Assembly: GCA_048941015.1 (NCBI GenBank)
Contig: JBHLNZ010000006.1
Span: forward strand, 1 to 64,000
Direction: 5' to 3'
DNA length: 64,000 bases
Source of the DNA: Promethearchaeota archaeon
GTDB lineage: Archaea > Asgardarchaeota > Lokiarchaeia > Sigyniarchaeales > SOKP01
Shown here one piece after another: positions 1 to 9,766 of the stretch. Under the pieces are notes generated by a model. It did no database searches. It had not been told where the DNA came from and saw only the letters and a list, made by a program, of their open reading frames with translations. The position numbers and the translations under genes were made by a program. Each line of letters begins with the position of its first letter. Position 1 is the first letter of the stretch.

Positions 1-1140
1 GGAGTCCTTGGTCCAGGAAGTGGTTTTTCAGCAACAATAGGAGGAGGTCTTTCAAATAGTACAGCGGGTTTTGGATCGACCAAGTATGGAGTTGTTCCAG
101 ATATATGTTTAGGAGTTGAAGTTGTCTTACCTAATCCTCAAGGGACTATAATTAGAACTGGTGCTGCTGCTAATAAGTATGCAAAACCCTTCTGTAGGTA
201 TGGAGTGGCACCAGATTTTACAGGATTATTTATGGGAGATGTCGGAACAATGGGTATTAAAACAAAAGCATTTTTAAAGTTGTTTCCAGAAACTCCTTAT
301 AAAGCACAGAGATATTATATGCTTCATAAAAATGATTATAATAAAGTTGTAGAATTAATGTATAAGCTTCAAAGTGAAGTTAAGGATGGATTACATGATG
401 TAATTGTTGTTCCTCTTGCTTTACTGCAAATTTTATCTATGATGGTTGAAAACAAACCTCAGAAAAGACCGAGATTAAAAGGTCCCGTGTTTTCAATTTT
501 GGTAGAGGCAATGGATGAGAGAATTTTAGAAATTTATCTTGAAAAAGTTACCCATATTATGGAAAATGACTCAAGACCATTTGAATACCAAGAAATGGAT
601 TTAGATGCCCCACTCGCTAAAGATTGGAAGTTTAATTTGAAATATGCCTATAATTATTTTAATAAGTATATCTCAATAGTCCCTCCTAAGATTTCGTGTA
701 CAACATGTCATAAAATTCCAATTTCAGCAATTCCTGAAACTGCTGAAGCTAGTGCTGCTTTTGATAACCGACATAAAGCGGAATTTCCCTCTCAAAGCAT
801 TTCATTATATGCAACGGTTATATTTCAATTGCCTAATGGACATTGTGTAATTGTTGGAGGATTTAATGCAGATAATGTTGAGGAAGAACGTCAAATCTCT
901 ATGAATATGTGGCATAAAAAATTAAGGAATCAAATTCGGTATGGGGGAGTACATTATTGGCTTGGAGAATCTATTTCCCAATCAATTGTAGAAGCTGATG
1001 CCTATACTCCCGAATTTGTACAGTTTTTTAAAGATATCAAGAAAGCTGTAGATCCTAATTACTTATTAAGCCCTAATAAATTTCACTTATATAATTATGA
1101 ACATGACTATACACAACATATAATAAAAGAAGAAGATTAA
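1..1140 (+). CDS. FAD-binding oxidoreductase (GlcD/D-2-hydroxyacid dehydrogenase/VAO-type), 5'-truncated by the window edge
   Basis: Frame 1 is open from base 1 (GVLGPGSGFSATIGGGLSNSTAG...). It is collinear with the full-length paralog at 1989-3524 and ends in the DPNYLLSPNK motif typical of FAD-oxidase C-terminal domains. Confidence 0.88.
   Translation, partial: GVLGPGSGFSATIGGGLSNSTAGFGSTKYGVVPDICLGVEVVLPNPQGTIIRTGAAANKYAKPFCRYGVAPDFTGLFMGDVGTMGIKTKAFLKLFPETPYKAQRYYMLHKNDYNKVVELMYKLQSEVKDGLHDVIVVPLALLQILSMMVENKPQKRPRLKGPVFSILVEAMDERILEIYLEKVTHIMENDSRPFEYQEMDLDAPLAKDWKFNLKYAYNYFNKYISIVPPKISCTTCHKIPISAIPETAEASAAFDNRHKAEFPSQSISLYATVIFQLPNGHCVIVGGFNADNVEEERQISMNMWHKKLRNQIRYGGVHYWLGESISQSIVEADAYTPEFVQFFKDIKKAVDPNYLLSPNKFHLYNYEHDYTQHIIKEED
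199..272 (+). repeat. 74-bp exact repeat, copy 1 (copy 2 at 2577-2650)
   Basis: Nucleotide-identical tract within two otherwise diverged paralogs. Confidence 0.85.
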
Positions 1141-1146
1141 AGGTGA

Positions 1147-1953
1147 ATATTAGTTAGTTTTAAAAAATCAATAGAAGAGATACAAGAAAAAAGAAAAAGC
1201 CTTAGAACTACCATATTTAAAAATGCCGAAATGATAACGGTTTTATGGGAAACTAAAGAAGAACTTATAAAGAATTTGCTCCCTTCTCCACTTGAACCTA
1301 TTGATAGGCCGATTGCTTTTTCGTTTATTGCTAATTATTCTTCTACAAACCAAGGTTTACCATATTATGAAGGAGCACTCATCTTGAGATGCCAATATAA
1401 AGGTCAAATGGGAAATTATTACTTAGCTATGCCAGTAACCGATGATAGAGCAATGATAGGAGGTCGGGAGATTTTTGGCTTTCCTAAAAAGATAGCTAAT
1501 GTTCGCTTAGAGCGTGATGGAAATAATGTATATGGTTATTCTGAACGGCTTGGAACAAAAAATATAGAGATAAATGCAAACTTGACAGGAAAGTTTAATG
1601 ACCCTGAAACTCCCAGACTTATTAAAGAGTTAGGACTTCTGCCCGGAAGAAAAAGAAATACTATTAATTATAATTTCAAGTACTTTCCTGCCCCCACAAA
1701 AGAGGGATTTGATTATAATCCTTGGTTAGTAAGACAAGAAACCGCTGTAAGCCCGAAATCATTGGAGATGGGTGAAGCTGAAGTTAAACTAAATTCAACT
1801 GTTCATGATCCTTGGGGTGAAATTGAAATAGTTAAAATATTAGGAGCGTTATATCTTAAAACTGATAACGTTATGTACCCAGGACAGAAAGTAGCAGAAG
1901 TCGATGGTAAAGAATTTTTACCTTATTCTTATTTGAAATGGGATTGGTATTGA
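1147..1953 (+). CDS. Acetoacetate decarboxylase (Adc) family protein; start uncertain (frame open from 1147, first ATG at 1231)
   Basis: PYYEGAL and GGREIFGFPKK (Schiff-base Lys) motifs, plus a C-terminal HDPWGEIEI. An SD-like AGGTGA lies at 1141-1146. Confidence 0.82.
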   Translation: MLVSFKKSIEEIQEKRKSLRTTIFKNAEMITVLWETKEELIKNLLPSPLEPIDRPIAFSFIANYSSTNQGLPYYEGALILRCQYKGQMGNYYLAMPVTDDRAMIGGREIFGFPKKIANVRLERDGNNVYGYSERLGTKNIEINANLTGKFNDPETPRLIKELGLLPGRKRNTINYNFKYFPAPTKEGFDYNPWLVRQETAVSPKSLEMGEAEVKLNSTVHDPWGEIEIVKILGALYLKTDNVMYPGQKVAEVDGKEFLPYSYLKWDWY

Positions 1954-1988
1954 TTTTAAACTTTAAAAAAGATAATTTAATTGTTAAA

Positions 1989-3524
1989 ATGTCGAAAATT
2001 GAAGCTATATACAAGGAAATTGAAAAAATCATAGGTACAAATTACATTACCGATAAAGACTTCATGAAAGCAGCTTACTCAAGAAATGTGGATCCTGCAT
2101 TTCCCGATCGTTGGCCCGATATAATAGTAAGACCAGAAAATACGCAAGAAGTTTCCGAAATAGTGAAAATTGCGAATAAATATAAAATATCTATGGTTCC
2201 TAGAGGCGGGGGTGCGGATTTAGTAGGAGGTGCCGCCATTCAAGGAGGTATATTACTAGATCTAACGAGAATGAATAAAATAATTGAAATTAATGCACAT
2301 GATTTCTATTGTGAACTCGAATGTGGAGTGACATGGGGCGCATTACTTTCGAATTTGTATGAGAAAGATTTAACCACGGGAGTTCTTGGGCCAGGAAGTG
2401 GTTATTCAGCGACTATTGGAGGAAGTCTTTCTAATAGTACAGCGGGTTTTGGATCTACAAAATATGGATTAGTTCCAGATATATGCCTTGGCGTAGAAGT
2501 AGTTTTACCTAATCATCAAGGAACTATTATTAGAACTGGTGCGGCAGCCAACAAATTTGCTAAACCATTCTGCAGATATGGAGTGGCACCAGATTTTACA
2601 GGATTATTTATGGGAGATGTCGGAACAATGGGTATTAAAACAAAAGCATTCTTAAGATTATTTCCAAACTCCCCTTATAAAGTACAAAGAAATTATATTT
2701 TAAATAAAGATGATTATAATATTGTTTCTAAGTTAATGTATGTTTTACAGAAAGAAGTCATAGAAGGACTACATGATCTTTATATCAATCCACGGGTAGT
2801 TATACAACTTTTAGCATCTCAAGCAAAAGAGAAACCTCCAAAAAGAGCTAAAATTAGTGGTCCAGTTTTTATGTTTATTTTAGAAGCTTTTGATGAAAAA
2901 ATTTTAGAGATTTATATTGATAAAGTACATAAAATAATGACAAAGGATAATTCTGCCAGAATTTTTGAATGGCAGGAGATAGATTTAAATGAAAAGTTAG
3001 CTAAAAATTGGAAATTAAATTTTAAATTCCCTTATAGTTACTTTAACAAATTTGTTGCATTAGCTCCTCCAAAGATCTCTTGTACAACATGTCATAAAAT
3101 TCCAATCTCGGTAATAGATGATAAAAAGGAATTAAATAATCTATTTGATAATGAGCATAGAGGTGAGTTTCCTTCACAAAGCTTCTCTCTATTTGCTAGA
3201 TCAATACATCTTCTTCCAAATGGACATTGTGTATTCGCTGGTGGATTTAATGCTGAAAATGCAGATGATCAACGACAAGTTGCAATGAATATATGGCATA
3301 AAAAATTAAGATCTCAAGTGAAATATGGAGGAGTACATTATTGGTTAGGTGAAGCTATTTCTCAATCAATTGTCGAAGCAGATGCTTATACCCCAGAATT
3401 TTTACAATTCTTTAAAGATTTAAAAAAAGTCGTGGACCCAAATTTTTTGTTAAGTCCAAATAAATTCCATATGTATAGTTATAATAATAATATCTCAAAA
3501 TATATCGTAAAGGATGAAAATTAG
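1989..3524 (+). CDS. FAD-binding oxidoreductase (GlcD-like)
   Basis: PDIIVRP, PRGGG..LVGG, LDLTRMNKI, ATIGG and GTMGIKTK FAD-binding motifs. ATG 1989 is preferred over 1938, which would overlap the adc gene. Confidence 0.9.
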   Translation: MSKIEAIYKEIEKIIGTNYITDKDFMKAAYSRNVDPAFPDRWPDIIVRPENTQEVSEIVKIANKYKISMVPRGGGADLVGGAAIQGGILLDLTRMNKIIEINAHDFYCELECGVTWGALLSNLYEKDLTTGVLGPGSGYSATIGGSLSNSTAGFGSTKYGLVPDICLGVEVVLPNHQGTIIRTGAAANKFAKPFCRYGVAPDFTGLFMGDVGTMGIKTKAFLRLFPNSPYKVQRNYILNKDDYNIVSKLMYVLQKEVIEGLHDLYINPRVVIQLLASQAKEKPPKRAKISGPVFMFILEAFDEKILEIYIDKVHKIMTKDNSARIFEWQEIDLNEKLAKNWKLNFKFPYSYFNKFVALAPPKISCTTCHKIPISVIDDKKELNNLFDNEHRGEFPSQSFSLFARSIHLLPNGHCVFAGGFNAENADDQRQVAMNIWHKKLRSQVKYGGVHYWLGEAISQSIVEADAYTPEFLQFFKDLKKVVDPNFLLSPNKFHMYSYNNNISKYIVKDEN

Positions 3525-3529
3525 GTGAA

Positions 3530-4750
3530 ATGATTATAACAGAATTTAATCCAAAAGAAAAATATAAATATTTGAATAAGTTGGGAGATGCTTTACTACA
3601 ATGTATAGCTTGTGGCGATTGTAGGGAAGCCACTGATTATACAGCAAATCCACAAAAATGGGGCGTATGTGTAGCAAGAGATCATACTTCTGGTTTCGAA
3701 CCATATTTCGGTAGGGGAAAAATGCAGATAATACGATCCTTATGGCAAGGAAAATTAGAATTGAGTAAAGATATGGCAGAAGTTATTTTTCAATGTCCAA
3801 CTTGCAATGCATGCGCAGAAGCATGTGCTTATGAGATGGATAATGCTTTATTTTATGAGGCTTTGAGAGCTGAACTAGTAGATGCTGGTTGTGGATTGGA
3901 AACTCATATTCCAATGAATAAAGCAATGGTTGAGTTATTAAACCCATACCAACGAGATAACAAAGAAAAAATTGGATGGTTAACCAAACTCGATTTTAAA
4001 GTGAAAAATGCTTTTAAAGAGAAAGCAGAAGTTTTGTATTTTGTTGGATGTACAGCGGCACTTACTCCAGAGGTTCAAAACGTTGCTATCAATACAGCAA
4101 GGGTTTTGAATAAACTAGGAGTTGATTTTTCCGTTTTTGGAGAATATGAGGTATGTTGTGGAAGTGTAGCTATGAGAACTGGCAATAGAAATGCTTTTAA
4201 CTCAGTCGCTGTTAAAAATTATGAATTATTTAAAAAGAGTGGGGTAAAAACAATTATTACGAGTTGTGCAGGATGCTATCGCACTTTAAAAGTTGATTAT
4301 GTTGACTTTATAGAAGATTTAGGAATTGATGTCCGCCATTCAATTGAATTTATTAAAGAACTTCTACATGAAAAAAATATCTCTCTAAAAAACCTAGGAA
4401 TAACAGTAGCTTATCACGATCCATGCCATACGGGAAGAAATGCCGGAGTTAATCCTTTATATGAGGAACCAAGAGATATTTTATCTAAAATAGCCACTTT
4501 AGTCGAAATGAAAACAATTAAAGAAAACGCGAAATGTTGTGGCGCTGGGGGCGGACTTAAGAAGGGTTTTCCTAGTTTAGCCTTAGAAATTGCCAAAAGT
4601 AGAATTAAAGAAGCAGAAGATACTGGAGCAGAATATTTAGTTAGTATTTGTCCTTTCTGTTATAGAAACTTATATGATGCCATAAAAGCACTTAATTCGG
4701 ATATAAAAATGATTGATTTACTAGAATTATTAAACCAAGCACTATCTTGA
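3530..4750 (+). CDS. (Fe-S)-binding protein, GlcF/HdrD-like (2x4Fe-4S plus two CCG domains)
   Basis: CIACGDC, CPTCNAC..AC, YFVGC, CCG, SCAGC, YHDPCH, CCGAGGG and CPFC motifs. Confidence 0.92.
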   Translation: MIITEFNPKEKYKYLNKLGDALLQCIACGDCREATDYTANPQKWGVCVARDHTSGFEPYFGRGKMQIIRSLWQGKLELSKDMAEVIFQCPTCNACAEACAYEMDNALFYEALRAELVDAGCGLETHIPMNKAMVELLNPYQRDNKEKIGWLTKLDFKVKNAFKEKAEVLYFVGCTAALTPEVQNVAINTARVLNKLGVDFSVFGEYEVCCGSVAMRTGNRNAFNSVAVKNYELFKKSGVKTIITSCAGCYRTLKVDYVDFIEDLGIDVRHSIEFIKELLHEKNISLKNLGITVAYHDPCHTGRNAGVNPLYEEPRDILSKIATLVEMKTIKENAKCCGAGGGLKKGFPSLALEIAKSRIKEAEDTGAEYLVSICPFCYRNLYDAIKALNSDIKMIDLLELLNQALS

Positions 4751-4785
4751 TTATTTTCATCTTGTTTTGTCTTAAAGTAACTTTT

Positions 4786-6006
4786 TCAATTTAGTTTTCT
4801 TGTCTCTTGGTTGGAATAAATTAAGATTAAGCTTATTAAGTAAGCAAAACCTAAAAGCAAGAATGGAAGAGAAATAGAGACATATTGCATTAAAAATCCT
4901 GTGATCATTGTTGATATTGGCATCATAACTGAACTCAATGTAAAACTAGCACCAGAAATTTTCCCTAATTCTTTTTCTGGAAGACTTTCTTGTATAAATG
5001 TCCAAAATGGGACATTTATTAGAGGGATATTAAAACTCCATACGAAAACAATTATCATCGCTAAAAATATATTAGTACTAAAAGCAAAAAAAATCATTCC
5101 TATAATCCCCCAAATATTCCCTATTATAAGTAAAATTCCCTTTTTGAACTTTGCACCCCAATGACCAATTAAAAGACTACCTATTAAAGAGCTTAACGAA
5201 TAAGAAGTGAATAGCAAACCATATCCTTGTGCACCAGCATTTAAAATGCTTTTTGAAAAAGCTGGCCATCCAATTGAAAGTGGTCCTTGAGCAAAAAGAG
5301 TATGAATACACATCCATGTTATAACTAAAATAAATAAAATTCTATTCTTTCTTATTAATTTAATACCACTATAGAGATCTGAAAAGAAATTACGGAAAGA
5401 GATAAAATTTCTTCTTTCAAAAACATGTTCAAGCAAAATAAAAATAAATGAAGAACCTATAAAAATTATTGAACTCAATATAAATAAATTCATTATACCA
5501 AATGTATCTATCAACATTCCTCCTGAATAATAACCAAAAATATTTGCTAACCACATAGACGAATCTATTAGGGCATTAGCTGCCAAAAGATTCTCCTTTT
5601 TAATAAACTGGGGCATAATTGCTATTGATGAATTAAGAAAAAAGACCAAAGAGATACCTTGAATAAATGTGATTATATAAACATGCCAAACTTCTAATAT
5701 TTGCAAATAGCCAAGGATTGGAAGAATAATGATAATTAAACCTCGAGTAATTAAAGCAATCATCATTAATTTCTTTCGATTAAAGACATCAGCAATAATT
5801 CCCGAAAAAAAACTAAAAATGAGCATTGGAAGAAATGTTAGTGCTCCTACGATTCCGAGTTGTATTTCAGAATTTGTGGTTTCTAGAACCCACCAATTAA
5901 GAGTTATACTATATAATGCTCCCCCTAAACCAAAACCGAGGAATCCAATCCAAAAACCAATAAAACTTCGATCAGAAAAAAGTTCTCTATATTTATTCTT
6001 GTTCAT
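4786..6006 (-). CDS. MFS transporter (DHA3/macrolide-efflux-like)
   Basis: About 12 hydrophobic segments and MFS motif A (GIIADVFNRKK). Confidence 0.88.
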   Translation of the reverse strand: MNKNKYRELFSDRSFIGFWIGFLGFGLGGALYSITLNWWVLETTNSEIQLGIVGALTFLPMLIFSFFSGIIADVFNRKKLMMIALITRGLIIIILPILGYLQILEVWHVYIITFIQGISLVFFLNSSIAIMPQFIKKENLLAANALIDSSMWLANIFGYYSGGMLIDTFGIMNLFILSSIIFIGSSFIFILLEHVFERRNFISFRNFFSDLYSGIKLIRKNRILFILVITWMCIHTLFAQGPLSIGWPAFSKSILNAGAQGYGLLFTSYSLSSLIGSLLIGHWGAKFKKGILLIIGNIWGIIGMIFFAFSTNIFLAMIIVFVWSFNIPLINVPFWTFIQESLPEKELGKISGASFTLSSVMMPISTMITGFLMQYVSISLPFLLLGFAYLISLILIYSNQETRKLN

Positions 6007-7155
6007 TTATTCATTATCCTTCGCTTTTCTTTGTTTTCTCTTCTCTAATCTTCTTCTAACAACACAATATACTGGACCAGTAAATATAGTTACATAACAA
6101 GAATTGCAGCTAGTACATTTAGCCGGGCTTAAATCACCACTCATCCATCGATTTGGAAGATTTGGTTCATATATTAAAGGCCTACTCAAAGAAATAAAAT
6201 CAGTAATACCCTCCTTAATAAAATTTTCAGCAGAAATAGGATTTTTTATTCCTCCCATTAAAATCATTTTGCTATTTTTCATATTCGGTTTTAATATTTT
6301 ACCAGTTGGTAGGAAGTAATTTTCTTCATCAGGAGATTTAATCTGTCTACTAGGATATGCGTTATTTGTTCCAATTTGAGTTTCATTGATTCCTCCACTA
6401 GGTTCAATCGCATCAAAACCTTTCTTTATGAGGATTTTTGCGATTTCTAAACTCTGTTCTAATTCTAACCCATCTGGTATGAAATCTTGGGTTTGGAATT
6501 TAATAGTTATTGGAAAATTCTTTCCTACCTCATCTTTAATTCCATCATAAATTTCAAGTAGAATTCTTGCCATATCCTCATTGGTTCCCCCATAATCATC
6601 AGTTCGCCTATTTGTATAAGGTGAGATAAAATTACTCAATAAATAGCCATGGGCTGCATGAAGTTGAACCATATCATATCCACTATCATAAGCTCTTTTT
6701 GCTGCTGCAACAAATCTTTGTATTAAAATATTTATTTCATCTATTGTTAATTCTCTTGGAGTTAAACCAGTACTCTTATCGGTTACTGGAGATGGAGCAA
6801 TAGGAGGGTATTTAGGGTGTGTACCTTGACGCCCAGTATGAGCAATTTGAGCAGCTATTTTAACTTCAGAGTAATTATGAACTGAATTTACTAATTTTTT
6901 TTGACCCGGAATAAAAGAATCATTATCTAAACGAAGTTGATAAGCACTTGCTGTTCCACTAGGATCAACAGCAATAAATTCTGAAATGATTAATCCTGTT
7001 CCACCTTGTGCTAATTCTTCATAAAAATCTATTAACTCTTTTCCTACTAAACCGTATTTCTCGGATTTTCCGGTGTAGGTAGCTGATCTGACAATCCTGT
7101 TTTTAATTCGAATTCTCCCAATATTCTCTGGACTGAATAATTTAGTAAGATTCAA
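6007..7155 (-). CDS. NADH:flavin oxidoreductase (old yellow enzyme family) with a C-terminal CxxCxxC motif
   Basis: KNRIVRSAT, QIAHTG, HAAHGYLLSNFISPYTNRRTDDYGG and CTSCNSC motifs; TTG start. Confidence 0.92.
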   Translation of the reverse strand: MNLTKLFSPENIGRIRIKNRIVRSATYTGKSEKYGLVGKELIDFYEELAQGGTGLIISEFIAVDPSGTASAYQLRLDNDSFIPGQKKLVNSVHNYSEVKIAAQIAHTGRQGTHPKYPPIAPSPVTDKSTGLTPRELTIDEINILIQRFVAAAKRAYDSGYDMVQLHAAHGYLLSNFISPYTNRRTDDYGGTNEDMARILLEIYDGIKDEVGKNFPITIKFQTQDFIPDGLELEQSLEIAKILIKKGFDAIEPSGGINETQIGTNNAYPSRQIKSPDEENYFLPTGKILKPNMKNSKMILMGGIKNPISAENFIKEGITDFISLSRPLIYEPNLPNRWMSGDLSPAKCTSCNSCYVTIFTGPVYCVVRRRLEKRKQRKAKDNE

Positions 7156-7227
7156 TTAAATCACATATGAAAAGCTAAATTATATGCTTCAAAATAATAT
7201 AAAAAAAAGAAATGCTACTAATGAATT

Positions 7228-8553
7228 TTATTTTTTAGTAATGGATTCAAGTCTTTCAGTAAAAATTTTTTCAGTTAAATCCATTTCTTGTATAAGGTTT
7301 CTAAGAACAGGAATCCAAAATAATGGAATAAGAATCCAAAAGAAAATTGAGATCATCATTCCATAAACGAATCCTAAGGTATCTGCAATTACAGCTCCTA
7401 AGATAGGTCCTATAGACCTTCCAATAATATCAAAAAAATTAGCTGTAGATAATATGGTTCCCCGATGTTCAGGTAAATTTAAATCTACGACTGTTGCATA
7501 CCAATTTCCGTTTACTGCTCCATTAGCAAATATACCGATCATAAAAAGAATTAACATTATTATGATTCCAGGGAAAATATTTGGAGCTCTAAATGGTATT
7601 ATTAGTGCAATAAATACAAAAGGAATAGGTATAAGATTTCCTAAAATAGCAAGCTTTACTCTCGCTTTCTTATTACCTTCTTTGAAACGCTTATCACCTA
7701 TAAAACCGAAAAAAATTGTTCCTGCTAATGTTGCTAGAAGTATTAATAATAGGTAAATTAAAGATTCCTCAGCAGGTATTCCGTGATAATCTTCCATATA
7801 TGCAAATAGAAGAAATAAAATGATACCCGTAGGTATCGTATCTACAAAATTAATAGCTAACCACACATTTGCTTTTTTCTTAAAAATTACTTTTAAATCA
7901 GAGAACCTTATTCTATATGTATAATCAACAGCATTTCTATCAATCAAGTATGAATAATCTTTACCGATACGGGACGGTTCTTTAAAAAATAAGAATAATA
8001 TGGCACTAATTAAACCTGCAATACCAATAATAGTATAAGATAGGCGCCAATCAATAGTTCCCATAAATGTAGCTAAGCCTATTCCTACAATACCACCCAC
8101 TAATGTTGCAATAGAGAAGAATGAATATCCCTTAGATCTATCTCCCTGAGAAACAATATCACCTATTAGAGAAAATATGTTTGGCACTAATGCTCCAAAT
8201 CCAACTCCTGTCATTATACTTAAAAAGTAGAATAAAATGAAACCAGAAGCCCCTGGTGGAACAAGTATAGTTAGAAATGTGAAAAATGAAAAATTTAGTG
8301 TAGCAATAAACACTATCCATTTTCTTATTAACTTATCTGCTAGGTATCCAAAAATTAACATTGCTAATCCAGAAATTATAGTGAAAGTGGAAACAAGTGC
8401 TCCTAAAGGCGTAGTATCTCCCCCAAAACCAAAATAAGCAGAAATAATAAGAAGGTTTGGCGAAACCATATTAGAAACAGTATGGATCAAAGTGACAATA
8501 GTAATGAATAACACTATTGATAATACTGGTAACCGCTGCGATTGATTTTCCAT
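7228..8553 (-). CDS. MFS transporter (spinster-like)
   Basis: 12-TM pattern with GYLADKLIRK and EPSRIG motifs. Confidence 0.85.
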   Translation of the reverse strand: MENQSQRLPVLSIVLFITIVTLIHTVSNMVSPNLLIISAYFGFGGDTTPLGALVSTFTIISGLAMLIFGYLADKLIRKWIVFIATLNFSFFTFLTILVPPGASGFILFYFLSIMTGVGFGALVPNIFSLIGDIVSQGDRSKGYSFFSIATLVGGIVGIGLATFMGTIDWRLSYTIIGIAGLISAILFLFFKEPSRIGKDYSYLIDRNAVDYTYRIRFSDLKVIFKKKANVWLAINFVDTIPTGIILFLLFAYMEDYHGIPAEESLIYLLLILLATLAGTIFFGFIGDKRFKEGNKKARVKLAILGNLIPIPFVFIALIIPFRAPNIFPGIIIMLILFMIGIFANGAVNGNWYATVVDLNLPEHRGTILSTANFFDIIGRSIGPILGAVIADTLGFVYGMMISIFFWILIPLFWIPVLRNLIQEMDLTEKIFTERLESITKK

Positions 8554-8620
8554 ACTATTTACTTAAATAGTATAATATAAAAAGCTTCAATTTTGATTCT
8601 AAACTAAAAATCCCAATAAA

Positions 8621-9067
8621 CTAACATAATTCTCCGCTTGTTTCAAAACAATTAAAGATCTCATGTAAATTTTCAATATAATCTTTCATTGATTCATACC
8701 ATTTATCTAATAGCTCTTTAAATTGAGTTTTAATATCTTCTAAACCTTTAGCACTATAAACATATAGATAACCTCTTTTATGGCTTTCTTCCTTACCTTT
8801 TTCTTCAGCAAATTCTTTTAAGGACATAGATTCTCTTAGTATAACATTGCGGTCTATTAGGACTTGTAAAGCTCTTTGAATTGAACTTCTATCTTTATTT
8901 AATACATTTGTAAGTTCTAATGTACTCGCTTTTTCATGTTTCAACAAATATGAGAAAACATTTGACTCCATTTCATTTAAACCTAGAATGCACTTAAATA
9001 ATTTAGAACTTTTGAAAATTTCCTCATCATCAACCATTATTTTCAGTTGATCAGAAATACTTTCCAT
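8621..9067 (-). CDS. Winged-HTH transcriptional regulator (TrmB-like)
   Basis: CILGLNEMESNVF...ELTNVLNKDRSSIQRALQVL...RGYLYVY pattern. Confidence 0.82.
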   Translation of the reverse strand: MESISDQLKIMVDDEEIFKSSKLFKCILGLNEMESNVFSYLLKHEKASTLELTNVLNKDRSSIQRALQVLIDRNVILRESMSLKEFAEEKGKEESHKRGYLYVYSAKGLEDIKTQFKELLDKWYESMKDYIENLHEIFNCFETSGELC

Positions 9068-9133
9068 CTTATTCTCCTTCTTTACAGTATTTTGTTAAAT
9101 AAAAAGTAAAATATAAAATTAAAAATAAAAATT

Positions 9134-9541
9134 TTAAACAAAAGATTTCAGTTTTTGAAGTACACGTTGCATATAATCATAATTCACAGAACCGACAATT
9201 TTATGAATTATTTTATCATTTTTGATAAATAACGTTGTTGGAATCCCTGTAATTCTATAATTTTGTGCAATTGACGGAAGCTCATCAACATTTACTTTAG
9301 CGAAAATAAAATCTTGCGAATGTTCTTTTTGAAGGCTCTCAAAAACAGGTGCAAACGCCATACATGGACCACACCAAATTGCCCAAAAATCTACAATTAT
9401 AATTCTTTCATTATATTCCTTAAGTAAATTATTGTATTCTTCTTGAGAACGTACTTTTATAATCTCTTTTGGCATCGACTGACTTTTTAAAAATGCTTCT
9501 GCTTTTTTGATTCGTATTTTTTCCAAATCATTATCAGACAT
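9134..9541 (-). CDS. trxA: Thioredoxin
   Basis: VDFWAIWCGPC active site and GIPT cis-Pro motif. Confidence 0.95.
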   Translation of the reverse strand: MSDNDLEKIRIKKAEAFLKSQSMPKEIIKVRSQEEYNNLLKEYNERIIIVDFWAIWCGPCMAFAPVFESLQKEHSQDFIFAKVNVDELPSIAQNYRITGIPTTLFIKNDKIIHKIVGSVNYDYMQRVLQKLKSFV

Positions 9542-9766
9542 ATCTCTCTTCCATTTTTTGTTTATTTTGAAAGTTATGATAGTTATGTAAACAACTTTCC
9601 TTACTTTAAAAATATTATCTATTCTATTTAAAACTCATGATTATGAAATAAAAACAAACATAATTTTAGACTGAATTTAAATTCAAAATTTCAATTCTGC
9701 TTTTTAAAAATACTTAAAAGAGTGTATTTATTAATTTTTTATAATTATAAACCAAACATCTTCTAA

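Noticed and set aside
1938-1988. N-terminal extensions from the ORF track (1938, 10553, 52902, 57615, 59535)
   Set aside because: They overlap upstream genes or SD motifs. Downstream starts fit family N-termini better.
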